From Octopus sinensis (lineage: Eukaryota): a stretch of DNA of 64,000 nt. This document shows positions 1 to 10,742 of the stretch, piece by piece. How positions within the stretch are numbered: position 1 is the stretch's first letter; every line of letters begins with the position of its first letter. The stretch covers positions 50,716,001-50,780,000 of the forward strand of contig NC_042999.1 of NCBI RefSeq assembly GCF_006345805.1, read 5' to 3'. The translations under genes and the position numbers were made by a program. Under the pieces are notes generated by a model that was given only the letters and a program-made list of their open reading frames with translations, searched no databases and was not told where the DNA came from.

Positions 1-50
1 ATATATGATATATATATATACAATATATATGATATATATATATATATATA

Positions 51-175
51 TTTATTATATAGGAGCTTCTACAGGACTAGAACTGTTTCATTCAAGAGAA
101 ATCTTCAGGAAGCTCTGAAGATTTCTCTTGAATGAAACAGTTCTAGTCCTGTAGAAGCTCCTTCTATATAATAAA
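51..175. repeat. Near-perfect inverted repeat (48-bp perfect stem, 6-nt loop, AT-rich outer extension)
   Basis: 61-108 (aggagcttctac...atcttcag) is the exact reverse complement of 115-162; the outer arms tttattatat/tatataataaa pair with a 3-nt indel. Confidence 0.9.
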
Positions 176-244
176 TTAATTTTACTCTGCTATGTATTGA
201 GTACCTTATTTACTGTGGTTAACCCCGAATCAACCCGGGACCTA

Positions 245-262
245 CATATATATATATATATC

Positions 263-294
<32 letters not shown>

Positions 295-610
295 ATCTAT
301 ATATATATATATATATATACACATATATATGATATATATATATATATCATCATCATCATCATCATTTAACGTCCGCTTTCCATGCTAGCATGGGTTGGAC
401 GGTTCAACTGGGGTCCGGGGAGCCCGAAGGCTGCACCAATATATATATATGATATATATGATATATGTATATATATACAATATATATGATATATATATAT
501 ACAATATATATGAATATATATATATATACAATATATATGATATATATATTATATATATATACAATATATATGATATACATATATATATATACAATATATA
601 TATATATATA

Positions 611-653
<43 letters not shown>

Positions 654-690
654 ATACATATATATATATACAATATATATGATATATATG

Positions 691-726
<36 letters not shown>

Positions 727-750
727 ATATATATGATATATATACATACG
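245..750. repeat. Compound (TA)n microsatellite interrupted by a short RTE 3'-end fragment (347-437)
   Basis: TA runs with recurring CAAT/GAT interruptions; (CAT)n-ttaacgtccgctttccatgctagc is the reverse complement of the RTE 3' terminus seen at 41527. Confidence 0.9.
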
Positions 751-1627
751 ATGGGCTGCCACAGTTTGTGCCTACCAAATTTACTCACAAGGCATTGGTT
801 GGCCTGAGGCTATAGTAAAAGATGCTTGCCCAATGTGCAACGTAGTAGGGTTGAACCCAAAATCACATGGTTGCAGAGCAAGCTTCTTAACCACACAGCC
901 ATGCCTGCACCTATTTATTTCCTGAGAATGTCTGATATTTCATGCAATTTTCTGACAAATGTTAGGGTTTTTAGTCAATCAAATTAACTCCAATACTTAA
1001 TTTATCAGGCACTTTTGTTGAACTATTAGGATGGAAAGGAGCTTAAATAAATCCATGCCAGAGTGGGATGACTTGTAGGTCCCTTGCAAGACTTAGGAGC
1101 CATATGAGATGTCATCAGCAATGGGGAGACCAAATGTGAGATGTTTCTTAGACCAAAATAGGTTTAAGTAGTGGTCTTACTTAGTCACGAGTTGACTTCC
1201 ACCATATATGTATACAAGTTTCTGCACAGTGTCACTCAACAAAATTCACTTACAAGGTATTAGTCATCCCAGAGTCATAGTAGAAGACACTACCCAAAAT
1301 CATAGGTGGCTAAGTCAGTTACAGTTGATAATAAGTATGTTGACTGTCAGACAAAACACTTTGTAGATTTTAGTCAAACCTTTTTACATTCCGAGTTCAA
1401 ATCTCACCAAGATCATCATCACTTTTTCAGCATCTGAGAGTCAGTCGATACGATAAAAATCAGTCAATAACTGGGATTACTATACATGACCATACCTCTG
1501 TTTCCTATGGGCTGAGAGGATTTAAGAGGAGAAAGAAGGTAGATAAATTTTCATATTTAACATCAGCAAGAATTGTATCAGTTTGTATGCTTATAAGCCA
1601 AATAGGGAGTATTAAATACAAGTAAAT

Positions 1628-1888
1628 AAAAATAAATAAATGCACCCTTTTAAAGCCTAGCCAGGCTCATGGGCCCAGTTTCCCGGTTTCTATGGCGTAT
1701 GTGTACCCCAGCTGGATGGGACACCAGTCCATCGCAGCGTTACTCATTTTTGCCAGCTGAGTGGACTGGAGCAATGTCAAATGAAGTGTTTTGCTCAAGA
1801 ACACAATGCATCACCCGGTCCAGGAATCGAAACCACAATCTTACGATCATGATGCTGACACCCTAACCACTAAGCCACGCGCCTCCAC
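1628..1888 (-). mobile_element. tRNA-derived SINE with V-domain-like core (family D), 10-bp TSD
   Basis: Minus strand has A-box-like tggcttagtgg, B-box-like gtttcgattcc and tgcgatggactggtgtcccatccag (resembles the V-SINE domain). Flanked by attaaataca at 1611-1620 and 1889-1898. Confidence 0.8.
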
Positions 1889-3133
1889 ATTAAATACATG
1901 TATGAACGTAATTTTTGTTGATATGAAAAATGAATGGAGTTGTAAATGAAAATATCTTCTAATTTTCATTAAGGTCTCCCTTCTTTTTTGACATCTTAAA
2001 ACATTTATAATGAAGATAGTGTTAGTCTTTCAGAAATTCTAATATGCAGTACTAATATTTATATTATAGTATATTATAGTGTCTATTCTTGATTTTATTA
2101 TAGGCTCGGGTAAAGCAGTGAGCTGGCAGAATCATTAGTGCATCATTCAAATTCCGCTGAGGTCGACTTAGCCTTTCATCCTTTCAGGGTCGATAAATTA
2201 AGTACCAGTTGCATATTGGAGTTGATCTAATCGACTGGCCCCCTCCCCCCAAATTTCAGGCCTGGTGCCTCGAGTAGAAAAAAAATCATTAGTGCATGAG
2301 ACAAAGTGCTTTGCAGCATTTGTTTGGGCTTTGTACATTCTTAGTTCAAATTCCACTGACGTTGACTCTGCTGTCATCCTTTCAGGGTCAATTAAATAAT
2401 TATCAGGTGAGCATTGGGGTCCATGTAATCCATTATCTCTCCCCGAAAAGTACTTGGCATGTGCCAAAATTTAAAACAATTATAGGCGAGGCATGGCTGC
2501 ACGGTTAAGAAGTTCTCTTTCCAGTCATATGCTTTTAGGCTTAGTCCTACTACATGGTACCTTGGGCAAGTGTCTTCTTCTATAACCCCTGGACTACTAG
2601 AGTCTTGTTAATGGAACTGGTAGACGGAAATTGAAATAATGCCATCGTGTGTATCAGTTTGCATGCTTATAAGCCAAATAGGGAGCATGTATGAACTTAA
2701 TTTTTGTTGATATGAAAAATGAATGGAGTTGTAAATATCTTCTAATTTTCATTAAGGTCTCCCTTCTTTTTTGACTTCTTAAAACATTCATAATGAAGAT
2801 AGTATTAGTCTTTCAGAAATTCTAATATGCGGTACTAATATTTTATATTATAGTATAATGTGTGTATGTGTGTGTGTGTGTCTTTGCCTCGACATCAGGG
2901 GGTAGTTATAAATGAGCCTCACCAAATTACAAGCAGAGTCTCTCGTGTCCAGTCTTCCGTGTAAACATATCCGGCCACTGAGAGATGTTACCCTGCTTGA
3001 AGACAAGTGACAGTTAAGGACAGGAAGGGCATTCGACCACAGAAAAAATCTGCCTCAACGAATTTCGCATGAAAAAGTAGGTGTTAAATTAGGATGATAA
3101 CAATTAAGATAGTTTTAAACTTTTCGAACATAC

Positions 3134-3250
3134 CCAAAACTGTAGCAAAGCATTCTCATTAATAAGAGAGGAGGCGCAATCTTTCACTAATACCAGGAGA
3201 AGGGCGGATAGTATTTGAGAAGCACGATTCTGTATCTTCGTCTTAGACAT
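3134..3250 (-). CDS. Candidate first coding exon of a secreted/membrane protein (MSKTKIQNRASQILSALLLVLVKDCASSLINENALLQFW)
   Basis: aaaaaATG start context, 39 open codons with basic n-region, hydrophobic h-region and small-residue cleavage region, ending at TGG|GTATGT donor (phase 0). Lies in a repeat-free, CpG-retaining block. Confidence 0.5.
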
Positions 3251-3687
3251 TTTTTCACTCGAGTTCAGATATCTTCGGATGTATATTTCAAGGGAAATAA
3301 TTCTTATATTGACTATATTATCTCCCTTACATTAGAATTTCTAGGAATGCTGGACATCCAGTTTGAAAAATTGAATCAGCTACATCCGGGTTATATGCTC
3401 GACAATCTTAGACATATCAGCCAAAACTTCGTAAAATCACACCATCCTTCGTTTAAAAATCAAAAAGGTCATAAAGTGAAATGTCACGGATAATCAAAAC
3501 AAGATCCTTTCTTTAATATAATTTTATTCATATGCTTTTTAAAATTTAAAATCTAGGTAATATATTTATCTCATATTAACATTCAAATATGATATAGTTT
3601 GATATAAGATAGTATAAAGAATTAAAATGTATTTAGATGTATGTATATGACATATAAAACACAAAACCACATCAAAAATACATACAC

Positions 3688-3871
3688 AGGTGCAGGAGTC
3701 GCTGTGTGGTAAGTAGCTTGCTTACCAACCACATGGTTTCGGGTTCCGTCCCACTGTGTGGCACCTTGGACAAGTGTCTTCTACTGTAACCTTGGGCCAA
3801 CCAAAGCCTTGTGAGTGGATTTAGTAGACAGAAACTGAAAGAAGCCCGTCGTATATATGTGTGTATATATA

Positions 3872-3940
<69 letters not shown>

Positions 3941-4036
3941 GTATATATATATGTATATATATAATATATATGTATATATGTATATATATATATATATATA
4001 TATAGTATATATATATATATATGATATATATATATG

Positions 4037-4122
<86 letters not shown>

Positions 4123-4200
4123 GTATATTATATATATATAATGTATATATATATAGTATATATATATATATATAGTATATATATATATATATATATGTAT

Positions 4201-4233
<33 letters not shown>

Positions 4234-4455
4234 ATGTTTGTGTCTCTATGCTTGTCCCTCCAGCATCGCTTGACAACCGATGCTGGTGTGTTTTCATCCT
4301 CGTAACTTAGTGGTTCGGCAAAAAGAGACCGATAGAATAAGTATCTTATAAAGAATAAGTCCTAGGGTCAATTTGCTCGACTAAAGGCGGTGCTCCAGCA
4401 TGGCCGCAGTCAAATGACTGAAACAAGTAAAAGAATAAAAGAATACAGAATAAAA
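3688..4455 (+). mobile_element. Bipartite tRNA/CORE-like SINE (family A) with long internal (TA)n
   Basis: Head ggagtcgctgtgtggtaagtagcttgc...ccttggacaagtg, about 380 bp TA/TG microsatellite, then conserved 3' half ending gactgaaacaagtaaaagaataaaag; same layout in more than 10 copies here. Confidence 0.9.
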
Positions 4456-5054
4456 AAAATACTTATAAAAAACGAGAGTAAAAATGGGAAAAAAGAAAAT
4501 AAAGAAAGAAAAGAAAAAGGAAAAACACACCAATTCAACACTAAGTGCCTCAATTGGTCGCACATCACAGGGTTCAACAGAACCTACAAGCTCGCGGCAC
4601 TGCCACAGTCGATGGCGAGGCTAAGGCATTGGAACAGCCAAGCACCCACATGGGCACCAACCGACAAGAACTTCACCGTTTGCGGACTCAAAACCAGTTT
4701 GGGGGCTGACAGTTTATTACTTTCGATTGAATGAAAGGCAAAACTGACCGAGATGAGATTTGTCACAGAACATAAAGATGAGTAAACTAAATAACTGCAG
4801 GCATTATAGTCAATGCTCCAACGATTCTGTCCGACTAGGACAATACTGTTCTTTGCTTGTAGATCTCTTCGTTGAGAGCTGATCTGGCTTAAACAAAATC
4901 AAAAACTACTGAAATAGTACTAGGGCTCACAAAAAAAAACGATAATTCCCCAAACCGAGTTTAAGTATAAGTAATTCTCAAAAACGGTTAAAAATCGGTT
5001 TTTGCGGATTTAGAGTGGTGTCCCTGTAATGAAGAAGTTTGTCGTATATTGTAT

Positions 5055-5716
5055 TTTATATATAATGAAATTATTGTATACAGTGCTCAGGTGCACCACA
5101 ACTTGTCAGAAAGTGCATATAAAGTACATGCAGTAATGTAGAAATGTCTGGAAAGTGAACATGCTTGTATGTGTATGGAGGGGAGAAAATCAAGTGTAGT
5201 GTTGGCGAATCTCAGGAAGCATGGAAGTTTTGAAGGATGCAGTGCTCCGACAACTAACAACCGATGCCGGCAGTTTGTTCCACGCTTCAGCAACTCTCAG
5301 CGTGAAAAAATGTTTCCTGAAGTCATGGGAGCTGTGCTCTTTTCTTACTTTGTAAATATGTCCACGGGTGTTAGATGGGTGGAGTTTGAAGAGGTGCTCA
5401 GAGTTATTGTTTGTGCGATGGTTGATAATTTTATGGGTGTCAGCCACGTCAGCTGCCAGACGTCGGAGTTTCAATGTGTCCATGCCCAGGGAAGTAAGGC
5501 GTTCAGGATATGGCAAATGCCTGATGGAGGGTATTCTTTTGGTTCACGTCGCTGAACAGCTTCCAGACGATTGATGTCCTGGGCAAGATAGGGGTTCCAG
5601 ACCGGTGATGCAAATTCCAGGTGAGGTCTTACCATAGCTATATAAAGCCGCAGATAGATAGCCGGAGAGCGGCTCACAAAGGATTCTTGACAATTTTAGC
5701 GATGTGTTTAGCGATT
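5055..5716 (-). mobile_element. CR1-clade LINE 3' fragment (RT C-terminus, frameshifted)
   Basis: Two overlapping frames give LYIAMVRPHLEFASPVWNP..LEAVQRR and YPERL..L..LKLRRL..D...TRGH..K...RKHFFTLRV..AWNKLP..VV, typical CR1 ORF2 tail motifs. Confidence 0.9.
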
Positions 5717-6147
5717 TTGTTTATATACATAGGGTATATATAAAACTACATAGTATGTACTAAAACTACTCTTGCTCCATATATTCCATACTCGTCACTA
5801 AGAAAGTTTTATTGATTACTTCTGCTTTATTATGATATAAACAGGGAGATCACAGCAAGTATTGGTGAATGGGGGGCGCTGGGATTTCTTTACTTTTCTT
5901 GACTCCTTAATTCCAGTTGGTGTTGTAGAGGCCACCGTCGAGACTTATGATATACCTTAACCTTTTGAGCCTAGTGAAGTCCAGTCCTTTATACGGCTTA
6001 TTTGTGTGTGTGTGTGTGCGTGCACATATGTGAGTGCGTGCATATGTGTGTGACAGAGAGAAAAAGAAAGAGAGAGAGAGAAAGGGTAGTAAAAGAAAAA
6101 TAGCAAAACAACATACAATTTTCTTCTTTTGTTGACATTATTCATAG

Positions 6148-6209
6148 ATGACTATTGATGCCTCTGGATACAAAAATCAAAACACCAAGGCTAAAATCCA
6201 AAGTTCTTG
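6148..6209 (+). CDS. Candidate small exon (MTIDASGYKNQNTKAKIQSS)
   Basis: Pyrimidine-rich acceptor ttcttcttttgttgacattattcatag| and donor TTG|GTAAGA; only one frame is open. Confidence 0.3.
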
Positions 6210-6527
6210 GTAAGAAAATTAAGACAATGGTCTTGAGCAGTGGTTCCCTTGCGTATTTTGTCACACAACGCTTATATGATCTTCAAAAATCACAGAATCC
6301 ACACCTATACTTCACAGACCGTTACTGCCACCTTAATTTTAGTGAGACATTAAACACCAAGGCTAAAATCCAAAGTTCTTGGTAAGAAAATTAAGACAAT
6401 GGTCTTGAGCAGTGGTTCCCTTGCGTATTTTGTCACACAACGCTTATATGATCTTCAAAAATCACAGAATCCACACCTATACTTCACAGACCGTTACTGC
6501 CACCTTAATTTTAGTGAGACATTAAAC
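6180..6527. repeat. Perfect tandem duplication, 172-bp period
   Basis: 6180-6355 repeats at 6352-6527 with no mismatch seen; shared aaac microhomology at the junctions. Confidence 0.9.
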
Positions 6528-6744
6528 GGAACATAACTTAAGATAAACATCTTAGTAGAGAATTTATTCATAAATATTCACACACAAACACTCATACATA
6601 CATACATACATACATACATACATACATACATACATACATTAAAATAAAATAAACGTTTATTAAGTTTCATTATAAGACTTTCGTAGAAGCCCCCAGTTTT
6701 TTGTCCGGGAGCCCATTTCCATACAAACTGTGTATCTATTGTGT

Positions 6745-7200
6745 ACTCAGATCGAATAGGAGCTTGGTCCAGGCAAACATCCCCTCCATCTTAGACCCAT
6801 CTGGTTTGTCCAGACGTGATAGGAAAATACCTGACGGCCTCGCCCTGTGCCACTAGTCGAGAGGAAGATGCTGTGTCTGTGACGTCACAGTTAGCGACTC
6901 CTTTGCTTCTTCTCACATCCACAGCTTCTGCGGCTGAGCGGGACAAAATCCTGGAGTACCACGATCTGTCGGCCAACTACAGTTTCCATCCTGTGGCGTT
7001 CGAGACGTTTATAGGGTCAAACCACTGACTGCGAGATTCCTGTCTTCATTGGCAGCTTGCTTAGCAGAGGTAACTGGTGAAGCTCGTAAGGGCGCTTGAT
7101 CGTTCTAGTGTATCAGCCTTGCCATCACATGTGGCAATGCTGTCGTGCCTCAGAGGTTGTTAGAGAGGTTTCCCAGCGCCCCAAAACTTTCTATGTGTTC
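6745..7200 (+). mobile_element. Degenerate CRE-like non-LTR retrotransposon C-terminus (restriction-like endonuclease)
   Basis: Translates to IPSILDPSGLSRRDRKIPDGL...DVTVSDSFA and, after a frameshift, AAERDKILEYHDLSANYSFHPVAFETF; matches the RPDG..WDVT..K.Y..P...ET.G pattern of CRE-clade RLE domains. Contains stops. Confidence 0.75.
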
Positions 7201-7332
7201 GAGTAATATGATACTATAATAATTTATTATTGAGTTTCTATTGATTAAATAAAACGTTTTTCAAATTCAGCAAGGTTAAAAATTTGAAATGTTGGTTCGT
7301 TCCAGAACCTTATGCGATAGGCTTTCCTGGTA

Positions 7333-7574
7333 CTATTTAAGAAGAGTGGTCTCGGTGCGCGCACTCGCATACTCACGCATCTGCACTAGCTAGTCGTGAC
7401 TAGTCGATCCTTACTTTGTATTTTTGTGCTTTATTTACTTTGTTTTAAAAAATTATTTATTTTACGTTTTATTTACTTTGCTAGGTAGTCGTTGTAGGAT
7501 CGACTAGTCACGACTAGCTAGTGCGGATGCACGAGTATGCGAGTGCGCGCAACGGGACCACTCTTCTTAAATAG
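7333..7574. mobile_element. MITE with about 79-bp terminal inverted repeats and TA TSD
   Basis: 7333-7411 is the near-perfect reverse complement of 7496-7574; TA on both sides; reconstructed empty site tggTAcca. Confidence 0.85.
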
Positions 7575-7845
7575 TACCAAGCATTAATAAGTACTTATTA
7601 ATATAATATTATGAAATAATGGTGCTGAGTGTTTCCAGAAAGGCAGAACATCAGATGAAAAGCTTTACGCTGTTTAGCTCCGTTCTATTAAATTTTAAAA
7701 TTCAAACGTCCCTTGGACTTGACGTTGTCTTTAGTCTTATAATCAATTTAAAAAATTAATACCAACGATGTTCTAAGTTTATGCAACCTCTTTCTTTTGT
7801 CTTTGATCAATCGTATTCTAGTCAAGTTACAGAGACAAACAAATA

Positions 7846-8325
7846 CCGTAAATCCTCGAGTATAATCCACATTTTTTCCCAAAATTTAAAGGTCAAAATC
7901 CCTAGTGCGTACTATATACGAGGTTAAAAATGAAAAATATTTTCCAAGCAATGTCCAAATCTCTATTTGCTGTCTGGCAATGTTTATTCAGACGTATTTT
8001 GTGATGTCGGTCGCGAAAATACCTTAAGCTAAGCCTGAAAACAATGAAGTCATAAAAGAATCATCCATAACTTGCAGTAAGCAACATTTATTAAACATTA
8101 TTACTGTTATTTCTTTATTTTCTGCAAACAAAATGCACAAAAATGCTACACGTTTGTATTATGTTATATATACAATAATAATAAAGGACGTTATCGTATG
8201 CATTTTTACAAACCAAGGACGTTATATAGACCTCCTTGACTCAAGTTAGGTTTTTCAGAGGTACAGCCCCTTAATAATACCCTGCGTATTATACTCAAGG
8301 GCGGACTATACTCGAAGATTTACGG
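7846..8325. mobile_element. Tc1/mariner-pogo-type MITE, TA TSD
   Basis: TIRs ccgtaaatcctcgagtataatcc / ggactatactcgaagatttacgg, each flanked by TA. Confidence 0.85.
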
Positions 8326-9112
8326 TACTTTGTGGAATTTTATCAGAGTAGATTCCCTTTGATCATCTTCAACTATCAATATGGAGAAAATGTCACTGAC
8401 AATGAAAACTAAATCGCACTTAATAAAATAACATCGCCCATGGTTATACATGAATTTTATGCTTAAACTTGTTAACTGATGTTCAGTACAAGGGAAAGCA
8501 AGGAACCTTTATATATTCAGAGGCTACATAAAAAGTTCAACTTAAGAAGGTTTTCATCATCATCATCATCATCATTATCGTTTAATGTCCACTTTCCATG
8601 CTAGCATAGGTTGGACGATTTGACTGAGGGCTGGCGAACCTGATGGCTGCACCAGGCTCCAATCTTGATCTGGCAGAGTTTTAACAGCTGGATGCCCTTC
8701 CTAACGCCAACCACTCCGAAAAAAATCAAGAAGTATAAACATAATTACAATTACTGTAAAAATGTAATTAGAAATATTAAAGAAAAAATAAAAATTTAAA
8801 CTGAGTTTATAATATTATTTTTAAGAATATAAAAACATTAGAATAAATTATACTGTGTAATTAGCAAAAAAAATGCCCTTTTATATAATTTCCAAACCTC
8901 TCCCAGTATGTGCACAGATCCCCTTACTAGTCTTTCTCTTAAGGCTATTTAGGTACACACCGGTTCGCCATAAAAGAATCCTTTTGTATTTTAAACAATA
9001 AACTAAAAGTGGAAGTGTTGTAAGTTCCGAAGTTCTTTTTTTAAACAAATATTCACATTGACAGCCAAGAATCAGATGGGGCAGATTAGACAGGTTTACA
9101 TCACTTGTAGAC

Positions 9113-9330
9113 AAATCTATTATATAAAATCCGTTCTGTCTGTCTGTGTGTGTGTGTGTCTTCTAGGATCTCGGGCATCCTCCATCCGATTCCACTCAAA
9201 TTTGATGTGTAGATACCGACGGTATCAGGGCGTGTATAAGTCTTGAAAAAATTACACAAATCGATTCCAGGTGAGAATGTGATCGATAAAGTGAACAAAA
9301 TCGTTTTTCTTTTGGAATAGAAAAAAAAGT
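9113..9330 (+). mobile_element. Helitron/DINE-like non-autonomous 5' fragment
   Basis: atctattatataaaatccgttctgtctgtctgtgtgt...ccgatt...aaatttg start resembles the element at 25568 and DINE-1-type layouts. Confidence 0.5.
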
Positions 9331-9680
9331 CTATCTTTATTTCTTATTTTGCTGGTGTCTTAAATTTTGGTTAAATCAGTGTTTCTCAAAGGGGAAGCCT
9401 ATGGGACGGTTGGACAAGTTGTTTTGAGAAAATTTGGCTTAAATGTTTGACAACTCAGCACCGTCCACTGGACGGGGTGCGTTTTGCTTGTTGAACATAA
9501 AGTGAAACCAGGATCATACAAAGCTACACAAACGACTTTTCTCTATCAAATTTTTGAAATGTCACTTGTTGTAATAGAAGAAACTGCTACATATTTCTTG
9601 GCATAAATATCAGCATGCATCATGTATAACCCACAACAGTAAAGAATTGGAATATTTTTAATTAGGAATATTTTTAATAT

Positions 9681-10100
9681 AGGCGCAGGAGTGGCTGTGT
9701 GGTAAGTAGCTTGCTAACCAACCACATGGTTCCGGGTTCAGTTCCACTGCGTGGCATCTTGGGCAAGTGTCTTCTGCTGTAGCCCCGGGCTGACCAATGC
9801 CTTGTGAGTGGATTTGGTAGATGGAAACTGAAAGAAGCTTGTCGTATATATGTATATATATATATATATATGTGTGTGTGTATGTCTGTGTTTGTCCCCT
9901 AGCATTGCTTGACAACCGATGCTGGTGTGTTTATGTCCCCGTCACTTAGCAGTTTAGTAAAAGAGACCGATAGAATAAGTACTGGGCTTAAAAAGAATAA
10001 GTCCCGGGGTCGATTTGCTCGACTAAAGGCGGTGCTCCAGCATGGCCGCAGTCAAATGACTGAAACAAGTAAAAGAAAGAAAAAAAGAAAGATAAAAGAA
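9681..10100 (+). mobile_element. SINE family A, full length
   Basis: Head, short TA/TG microsatellite and 3' half as at 3688. Confidence 0.9.
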
Positions 10101-10454
10101 AGAAAGGCTAAATAAGGGCAATTGTACCTTCAAGGTAAATATGCTTTCCTCAAGTGACAAAGTAAATCATTTTTGTTATTCCATGGTTTCTTAGAATTCA
10201 TTACATATGCTGCAAACTATATTGGAACAGCATGGATGCCATTAGCTTCTGTTGCTCCAGTTGTTCAAGAAGATGAAAACATTTACTGTTTTAACATATT
10301 GCACTTGAGAAACGTTTTATTTTCTTACCAACTGAATGAATCTTTCATTTTTTTTTTTTTTTTAAATGGTATATTAAAACAAAACATTGATTCATTTGAA
10401 ACAATTGCCAAAAGAAGTCTTTTGCTCTAGTTTATGGTTCTGAATTTTACTATT

Positions 10455-10742
10455 TGTCAGCCAGAGGCTCATAAGTGCCTGTTTCCCAGTTTCCTTAGCA
10501 TATAGGTTCCCCACCTGGACGGGACGCCGGTCCGTCGCAGGTGAGCTGCAAGATGCAGGAGGAAAGAGTGAGAGAAAGTTATGGCAAAAGAGTTAGCAGA
10601 AGTTCGCCATTACCTTCTGCCGGAGCCGCGTGAAGCTTAAGTGTTTTGCTCATAAACACATACATTACCCGGTCTGAGATTCAAACCCACGATCCCTCGA
10701 CCACGAGTCCACTGCTCGAACCACTAGGCCATGTGCCTCCAC
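10455..10742 (-). mobile_element. tRNA-derived SINE with V-domain-like core
   Basis: Minus strand ggaggcacatggcctagtgg (A box), gggtttgaatc (B box), ctgcgacggaccggcgtcccgtccaggtggg. Confidence 0.75.

Noticed and set aside
197-815. Overlapping YI/IY-rich ORFs (also 3811-4305, 40706-41220, 44994-45606)
   Set aside because: Translations of (TA)n/(CA)n microsatellites.
3215-3493. 92-aa plus-strand ORF
   Set aside because: TTG start, no recognisable domain; overlaps the better-supported minus-strand exon.
9681-9760. tRNA-like heads with A/B boxes in SINE families
   Set aside because: No full cloverleaf or acceptor stem; each continues into a SINE body, so not tRNA genes.
9658-10115. Recurrent small ORFs such as ...LQHGRSQMTETSKR and ...CHAVGLNPEPCGW
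   Set aside because: Translations of SINE family A; they recur because the SINE recurs.
10173-10430. 85-aa ORF with acceptor-like site at 10194
   Set aside because: No convincing donor; runs into poly-T; no domain recognised.
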